A DNA stretch of 64,000 bases from a virus. The stretch covers positions 1-64,000 of the IMG/VR virus record IMGVR_UViG_3300006925_000007; one strand, 5' to 3'. Below, one piece after another: positions 57,886 to 64,000 of the stretch; positions within the stretch are counted from its first letter, which is position 1; each line of letters starts with the position of its first letter. A model generated the notes under the pieces. That model was not told the DNA's origin, made no database searches, and saw nothing but the letters and a program-made list of their open reading frames with translations. The translations under genes were made by a program, and so were the position numbers.

Positions 57886-59469
57886 TTAATTTGGTAAGTA
57901 TCTAAAGTCAACTACTGCGTTAGTGGATGGTGCAGTAGTAATGGTTAGCGTTGATCCGCTAATGCTGTATTCAGTTGGTGGTAGAATTAATCCGTCTACA
58001 ATAACCAATACACTGTGAACAGTATGTCCAGGTTGTATTAAGTAATCTGTAGTGGAGTTGTTTCCTGTATACTGACTACTAGTATATATCAAATTTAAGT
58101 GATGGTTTTCTATACTGTTATTGGCAGGTGATGACATTGTTGCATATGGATATCTATACTTGACATAAATGTTAAATCCAGAATCTGGTAACACATTAAA
58201 TGTTAGCGTAGTTCCACTTACAGAGTAGATGCTAGGTCGTTGTAAGACATCGTTAACATACACATCAATTTCTTCTTCTCCTGCTGGAGCATCAGTAAGT
58301 GTAAATGAGTAACCTATACCGTCTGCTGTAAATTCTTGTGATGCTGGAAGTGACGACTGTGTTAGTTGTCCGTCTACAAAACTAAATCCGCCATTACCAT
58401 CTGTTTGTAGTATTTGGCCGTTTGTTCCGTCACTGATACCTAAGTCAAGTATTCCACTTACATCACTAGCAATTGTTATGCCTTTTGATCCAGGTGTTGT
58501 AACTGGTGTAATAGTAATATTATTACCAGCACGAATATCAATTTCGTCAACAGCACTTGCAACAATATCAGTTGGTGTTAAATCACTTACCGTATCGTAT
58601 ATGTGCCACGTTTTAAACGTTGACTCAAGTGTAATTGTAACTGTGCCATCGCTGTTGTCTGTTAGTGCAAAACCACCATCAACATCAAATTTCAATCCTG
58701 TTACATCTGCTACACTTACGTTTGATGACGGGTCGTTAATTTCTTCAACTGTAAGTGCCAAATCGCTTCGTATAGCGGTGTTTACGTTAGCAAGCTCTGT
58801 TGATGTTGCGAACGTTCCATCAGCTGTTTGAAACGCATTTACGATCTCTGTAAGCGAGTCTAGTGCTGCAGGATCTGTGTTTGTAAGTATGCTTTGAACT
58901 TGAGATTGTAGTGTGCTAATATCAGCTGATATACTTGCTGATGCTACGCCAAACTGTCCGCTGTATGTAGCACCTGTAATATAAACACTTTTACCTGTAA
59001 ACGATTTACCATCTGGTAAGTTTTCACCAATAAAGTTTAATACACCTGATTGATAATCAAAGAACCATTCATCGTTATTACCACTACCAGTAGTAAAGAC
59101 TTTGTTGGACATTGTTTCAGCACCAGCAGAATCTCCGCTAGTGTGAATATAAACGTTTACAAGATATGTTGATCCAAATTCTGTTGGAATCCAGTCTGTT
59201 ATTCCTGTTTTCCATGTTCTGTTTGTTGACGCTGTAATATCAGCTGTAGTTTCAACTGCCGTTTGTAGCGTTACATAGCTATTAGAAGCAGAAGGTTTTA
59301 CACTTGGTATTTGTGCCGACTCTGCCCAAATCGTATCACCACGTATCAGTAGTGGACTTGGTAAACTTTCGTTGGCCGCTAATTTATTAAAGACTGTGTC
59401 AGTCTTAGTGGCACCGAATCCAACTTTCTTAAATAGATAGTCTAACTTTTGATTATCGGATATTGCCAT
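57886..59469 (-). CDS. Virion structural protein
   Basis: WFFDYQSGVL, shared TDPAALDSLTEIV module, two C-terminal beta repeats (VYVNDVLQ, VIVDGLIL). Confidence 0.65.
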   Translation of the reverse strand: MAISDNQKLDYLFKKVGFGATKTDTVFNKLAANESLPSPLLIRGDTIWAESAQIPSVKPSASNSYVTLQTAVETTADITASTNRTWKTGITDWIPTEFGSTYLVNVYIHTSGDSAGAETMSNKVFTTGSGNNDEWFFDYQSGVLNFIGENLPDGKSFTGKSVYITGATYSGQFGVASASISADISTLQSQVQSILTNTDPAALDSLTEIVNAFQTADGTFATSTELANVNTAIRSDLALTVEEINDPSSNVSVADVTGLKFDVDGGFALTDNSDGTVTITLESTFKTWHIYDTVSDLTPTDIVASAVDEIDIRAGNNITITPVTTPGSKGITIASDVSGILDLGISDGTNGQILQTDGNGGFSFVDGQLTQSSLPASQEFTADGIGYSFTLTDAPAGEEEIDVYVNDVLQRPSIYSVSGTTLTFNVLPDSGFNIYVKYRYPYATMSSPANNSIENHHLNLIYTSSQYTGNNSTTDYLIQPGHTVHSVLVIVDGLILPPTEYSISGSTLTITTAPSTNAVVDFRYLPN

Positions 59470-62400
59470 TAGTTAGCTTCTCCTATTGATAGACTGTTTA
59501 TTTGTTTGCCACTAGCAATTGCTATTCTAACCAACACAACATTGTTTGTTGCATTACTCATGTTTTCAGCACCTAGTGTCATTGTGTAGCTTGAGTTAAT
59601 GCTTGTGTTTGTTGGAACAACATCTGCACCTGTTAATGCACAGCCATCTGATCCGTTACCTCCGTTTCCAGTATCACTACCAGGAACACCTGCACCTGCA
59701 TATTGACTTGTGCATTCGATCCAACCATTTAATCCACTTGCAGTATCTATGCCAGTTCCAGGAGCTGCAATCCACATACCTGCAATGCCCGTAGAGTTAA
59801 TGCTAATGTCGAAGTTAGCAACAACTTGTCTACGGAATGCAAATGTAAAGTATTGTGTTCCTGTATCTGAACTTCTATCAGGACCAACTGGTAGGTAGCC
59901 TGTGCTATAATCTGCAGTGTCGTGTTTTAACACACCCCATCTTACAGTAGCTTCTTGACTTCCACTTACACTAATTGCACCAGTAAATGGTGTAGCAGTA
60001 TAATCAGTTGATCCGACAATAGTAGGAGTGTCCGTAGAATCCGCCACAAAGTCTGCAATACGAATTGCATTGTCTGTGACTACCCCATTACCTAAACTGG
60101 ATTCTACAGGTATGGACGACTCAATTATTCCAAATGGTGTCGCTGTATGCACTTGAACTTTCTCGGGAAGAGAAACAAAGTTTCCAGTGCCATTGACATT
60201 ATATGCTCTAACTTTCAAAGTTTCCACAGCCGCTATACTTGAATTAGTAATATCGATTGTTTGATCAGCAAATTGATAAGTTAAAGTGTTCGCTGTTGGA
60301 ATGCCAGCGTTTAGGTAAGGGGTATTCTCTAAATCTGAATAACTCTTATATTGAGTGCTAATAGTTGCGCCACTTGTGCTTTCTAAATTAGCACCATTAG
60401 ATATTTCAAACACATTATTTGTATCTCTATATGCCTGTCCAATCCAATTGTTTACTGTAACACCAGCCATTGTTAATTTTGGACTTCCTGTGTTATAGTA
60501 TGGTATGCCCGAAATATATCTATAGCTACCGGCAACATCTTCTGTAAGTGTTGCACTAGCTACATCAATAGTTGGGCTACTTGTTAGGTCGTCACAAACC
60601 ACTGTAACATAGTTTGTGTTGCCTGTTTCACTGTGTTCTATACGTTGGTCGTTAACACCAATTGTATATTCAGAAAATGGTTTAGAAATTTTTGAATCAA
60701 ATGTTTGATAAAAACCTGTAGGATAAGTTGAAGAACTTATACTATCGTTTGCATCTCTTTGATCACTAACAACAAGACTTCCAAAAGTGCCGTTTTCGTT
60801 TAAGGAAGTTGTAAAGTTTTGAGAACCATCGTCGACGCCATTGACAACTGATTTTACTGTTCCACTTAATCCATTATATGAATTTTGTGCAACACTAGTG
60901 TCAAGGTTTCCACTTGTGTATCGTCTTGCTGTAGTTGTTTCCAAACTTGCACCTGCTACTAATGGAGCTGATGCACTGTTTTCTGTGAACCCATGTGCCA
61001 GTTTAGGACTAAGTCCTTGTGCTGAGTCTGTTAGTGAAATTGTTTTGCTACTTAATCCGCTTGGTGCATTTGGAACTGCATTTACTTGAAAGGTTAAGTT
61101 AGCTGAATCTGTTTGTGCGGTTATATCCGGTGTTCCGCTTGCTGTAAAGTCTAATTGGTAGTTACCTGGTGTAACACCTGTAAAGTCATGTTGGACACTG
61201 TTTAGTCCTGCTTCATTATCATTAGCACTGCTATCGTTCCAATCATATTCATGATTGTCACCATTTTCACTTGTGTTACTTACAGTAACTAATGCTCTGT
61301 TTACGCCGTCATAATCTACGCCGTCATATACGTCATATTGATTATCGCCATTGCGATCTGAAACTGTATCTGCACTACCTGAGATGCTTGCTCTAACATC
61401 TGGCTCAACATGAATTGTAAAGTTTGAACTTGAGAAAGGACTGTTACTATGATCGTTTATAACTTGTAAGTTACCTGTAAAGTCTTGAGGTGTATTATTG
61501 CTTGAAAGTGTATACTTATGTGATATTGTTTGTCCTGTATCACCAGATTGATTACTTCCTGCGTTTACTGTTGTGATTGTTCCATCGCCAAACGCCCATC
61601 TATACGTTGTTCCAAACTGTGTGTGATTACCAATTGTATTTTCTGTATTGTTTGTAAATATTACAGTAAGACCGTTATTGGCTTCTTCGTTAATACCTGT
61701 AGTAAGATCAGAAGTTGTGTCGGGCGTGTGTTCATCATAAATTTTATATGAAGCATCGTCGTCAATTGGGAGTAATGATGGCGTAGCTGTGCTATGACTG
61801 TCTAATGTTAGTGTAACGGTTCTTTGCACTTCTGCTTCTGTGCTAAGAGCAAACGTGTGGGCTAAACGTCCTCCACCAACACCGCCTGCTACACTATCGC
61901 TATTAATAACTTCATCTGATGAGCCATCACCCCAATTCCATGTGTATTGAATTGTTGCTCCTGATGTGTTAGTTGTTGTATTTTCAAAATAGACAGTATC
62001 GCCATCATCCCAATATGTAATTGCGTTGCCACCTGTTGGTGCATCGTATACTACAAATGAAACTGCTGGGTCGCCTGTAAAAATGGCTATGTAGTCTTCT
62101 CTTATTTTTTGTGCTGAGCTACCTGCTCCTGTTCCTGTATTGTTAAACGCTGTTACGTCTACATCAAACGGAGATCCGCTATTAGAAGCATATGTATGTG
62201 TGGGAGTTGAATCTGTTGTGGCTGTGGTTGTATTTCCGTCACCCCAATCAATTGTATATCTGTTTGGATTACCTACTGAGCTAATAGTTAGTGTTGCTGT
62301 TAATCCTGCACCACCTGATGTTAAGTCAGAAACAAAGTCTACGGACTTAACATAAGAATCTGTTCTTATATTTTCAATGATTTCAAGTATGTCATCTGTG

Positions 62401-62603
62401 TCAGCGTCATTTCCGCTATCAACAGCCGTAAGTCTAGTTTCTAAAAATATTTTTGTGACAGCATCTTGATCATCAACAGGATCTACTACATCAACGATTC
62501 TGTTTGTTTGGGCACTAATATTGTTATTGCCCTCTGCATCAAGTTTTAAATCTTTATCACTTGTTGATATCTTTCCACTATTGTGGTTAATATTAATCGA
62601 CAT
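59469..62603 (-). CDS. PKD/Ig-like repeat virion protein
   Basis: YTIDWGDG, YTWNWGDG and YRWAFGDG PKD signatures; QYFTFAFRR C-terminal domain. Confidence 0.75.
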   Translation of the reverse strand: MSININHNSGKISTSDKDLKLDAEGNNNISAQTNRIVDVVDPVDDQDAVTKIFLETRLTAVDSGNDADTDDILEIIENIRTDSYVKSVDFVSDLTSGGAGLTATLTISSVGNPNRYTIDWGDGNTTTATTDSTPTHTYASNSGSPFDVDVTAFNNTGTGAGSSAQKIREDYIAIFTGDPAVSFVVYDAPTGGNAITYWDDGDTVYFENTTTNTSGATIQYTWNWGDGSSDEVINSDSVAGGVGGGRLAHTFALSTEAEVQRTVTLTLDSHSTATPSLLPIDDDASYKIYDEHTPDTTSDLTTGINEEANNGLTVIFTNNTENTIGNHTQFGTTYRWAFGDGTITTVNAGSNQSGDTGQTISHKYTLSSNNTPQDFTGNLQVINDHSNSPFSSSNFTIHVEPDVRASISGSADTVSDRNGDNQYDVYDGVDYDGVNRALVTVSNTSENGDNHEYDWNDSSANDNEAGLNSVQHDFTGVTPGNYQLDFTASGTPDITAQTDSANLTFQVNAVPNAPSGLSSKTISLTDSAQGLSPKLAHGFTENSASAPLVAGASLETTTARRYTSGNLDTSVAQNSYNGLSGTVKSVVNGVDDGSQNFTTSLNENGTFGSLVVSDQRDANDSISSSTYPTGFYQTFDSKISKPFSEYTIGVNDQRIEHSETGNTNYVTVVCDDLTSSPTIDVASATLTEDVAGSYRYISGIPYYNTGSPKLTMAGVTVNNWIGQAYRDTNNVFEISNGANLESTSGATISTQYKSYSDLENTPYLNAGIPTANTLTYQFADQTIDITNSSIAAVETLKVRAYNVNGTGNFVSLPEKVQVHTATPFGIIESSIPVESSLGNGVVTDNAIRIADFVADSTDTPTIVGSTDYTATPFTGAISVSGSQEATVRWGVLKHDTADYSTGYLPVGPDRSSDTGTQYFTFAFRRQVVANFDISINSTGIAGMWIAAPGTGIDTASGLNGWIECTSQYAGAGVPGSDTGNGGNGSDGCALTGADVVPTNTSINSSYTMTLGAENMSNATNNVVLVRIAIASGKQINSLSIGEAN

Positions 62604-62656
62604 ACTCTTCCCTTTTTCAACTTTACCATAATGGTTATGTTACTTACGCAACGATA

Positions 62657-63244
62657 TTAAACGTTTACGCTAGAACGGAAGTGCGAAACAATGTTCCAAC
62701 TGCCATTTACAAATACTAATGTTGCACTATCGCCTTTTGCTGTAAAAGTGATTGAAGTAAAACCTGCTCCATTTGTTGGAGTAACTGTAGCAGGACCTGA
62801 TGGGGTATCTGATACAGTAATAATTTTTTGTTGGCCTTCTGTGCCATCTGCTAAAACAAGAGCAACCGCAGTAGAACCATCAATTGCTGATAATGATGTG
62901 CTTGCTGTAATTTCTGTTGTTTCAGTTGTTGTGCTTACAATAACTGTTTGTATATTGAGTTGATCCCACATATTGGAACTACTACCAATATCGTGTGTTT
63001 TTGTAACGCTTGGCAGTAAGTCAGTTGATATGTTGCTGTTAAATGCTACAGATCCACTTGCGTTTCCTAGTGTTATAACATCACCAGATGAAACTATTGT
63101 GCCTCCAATATATAAACTTCCACCAACCCATGCGCCGCCTTCGACATGCAGAGCAGAGTCTGTGCTACTTAAAGCATTTAAATCAAGATCTTTAATACTT
63201 TTAATTACTAATTGATCGTTATCTGGTTTTATATATGATGCCAT
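62657..63244 (-). CDS. Virion structural/fibre-like protein
   Basis: ALHVEGGAWVGGSLYIGG, HDIGSSSNMW, LADGTEGQQKII; late motif at 63279-63285. Confidence 0.6.
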   Translation of the reverse strand: MASYIKPDNDQLVIKSIKDLDLNALSSTDSALHVEGGAWVGGSLYIGGTIVSSGDVITLGNASGSVAFNSNISTDLLPSVTKTHDIGSSSNMWDQLNIQTVIVSTTTETTEITASTSLSAIDGSTAVALVLADGTEGQQKIITVSDTPSGPATVTPTNGAGFTSITFTAKGDSATLVFVNGSWNIVSHFRSSVNV

Positions 63245-63314
63245 ACGTTATTCTTCCTTATGTTCTCTTTACAATATGTATTTATCCAAAAAAAGAATAT
63301 ATATATTTAGAATT

Positions 63315-63338
63315 AAAAAAGGGCCCGTTAAGGCCCTT
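63315..63338 (-). terminator. Intrinsic terminator after the porin gene
   Basis: Minus strand AAGGGCC-TTAAC-GGGCCCTTTTTT. Confidence 0.8.
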
Positions 63339-63365
63339 AATTATTGCAATAATTTTTAAATTAAT

Positions 63366-64000
63366 TTAAAATTTAAATGATGCACCGATTGCCGGTGTTA
63401 AACTTTCTGCATCTGTATCATACGATGCTTCTGCATAAAGATCAATTCCCTTGAATGAACTTTTAACTCCTGCACCAACGTGTTGAAGTTTATTATCTTC
63501 GTCGCCGTTAACAAACACTGAAATTACTCCAGCATTTGCATTTACTTCATATCCTAGCTTATCAGCAGAATATGTTGCTGTGCCACCCACTGACATGCTT
63601 GATGTAAGGTCAAGTGATGAACTTACGCCATAAGATTTTGCTTTAGTGTCAGTGTTATAATCAATTGCTGCACCCATTCCGATAACACCGACTTTAAAGT
63701 CGTATGCTGCCTGAACGTTATCAAGATCAGTTACGTCAGTTGATAAACTGTCAAAACCGGCCATTAATGAAAGACCACCTGCTTTAGCCATCACTGATTC
63801 GTTTACCGTAGGATTAGCAAGTGTAGTTGAACCTACTACTTCTAGTCCTGCTGATGGGAACAAGTCGCCTTGCTTACCTAGTGATACTGTTGCACCTGCA
63901 ACTGCTGTTCCGATCTGCCAATCACCTAATGCAATTGTGCCATCTGTAATTTTAAGATCAAACCCACCAAACGCTGGACCAGTTGAATCTAGGTCAAGGT
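63366..64000 (-). CDS. Outer-membrane porin-like beta-barrel (5' end outside window)
   Basis: Frame stays open to the window edge (LDLDSTGPAFGGFDL...WQIG...VSLGKQGDLF); amphipathic strands; C-terminal IGASFKF with terminal Phe. Confidence 0.7.
   Translation of the reverse strand, partial: LDLDSTGPAFGGFDLKITDGTIALGDWQIGTAVAGATVSLGKQGDLFPSAGLEVVGSTTLANPTVNESVMAKAGGLSLMAGFDSLSTDVTDLDNVQAAYDFKVGVIGMGAAIDYNTDTKAKSYGVSSSLDLTSSMSVGGTATYSADKLGYEVNANAGVISVFVNGDEDNKLQHVGAGVKSSFKGIDLYAEASYDTDAESLTPAIGASFKF

Noticed and set aside
1-64000. Stop-codon reassignment as seen in some large phages
   Set aside because: Standard code 11 gives dense, full-length genes, and TAA, TAG and TGA are all used as stops

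Overview
This 64-kb window is an AT-rich, almost entirely minus-strand segment of a large T4-related myophage. Gene content and order resemble jumbo phages of the GAP32/RAK2/Atu_ph07 type. An alphaproteobacterial-style porin and an SbmA/BacA transporter suggest a Gram-negative, possibly marine, host. From left to right it holds: (i) a PD-(D/E)XK exonuclease and a small accessory island (kinase-like, SGNH-like, nitroreductase); (ii) probable prohead/internal proteins, including an RNA-ligase-like protein paired with a Pol-beta-type nucleotidyltransferase; (iii) replication and recombination genes (gp41, gp61, a ~194-aa mini-DnaE, gp62-like, UvsW, UvsY, UvsX, gp32); (iv) packaging and morphogenesis genes (gp17, gp16-like, gp4, tube, sheath, gp13, gp14, gp15), interrupted by QueC-like, methyltransferase, dNMP kinase and SbmA genes; (v) glycosyltransferases, several repeat-rich tail fibres, a PKD-repeat protein and a porin truncated by the window edge. 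The most notable non-coding signals are: a ~217-nt GC-rich structured RNA with its own sigma70 promoter, terminal stem and terminator (22375-22591); four sigma70 promoters placed so that +1 is the A of the ATG, implying leaderless mRNAs for exonuclease, primase, gp62-like and UvsW; a second promoter class carrying an AAGA-NN-TCTT palindrome; about 20 T4-late-like ATAAATA promoters; and a 115-bp perfect identity shared by two tail-fibre genes. All product calls come from motif recognition by eye, not database searches.
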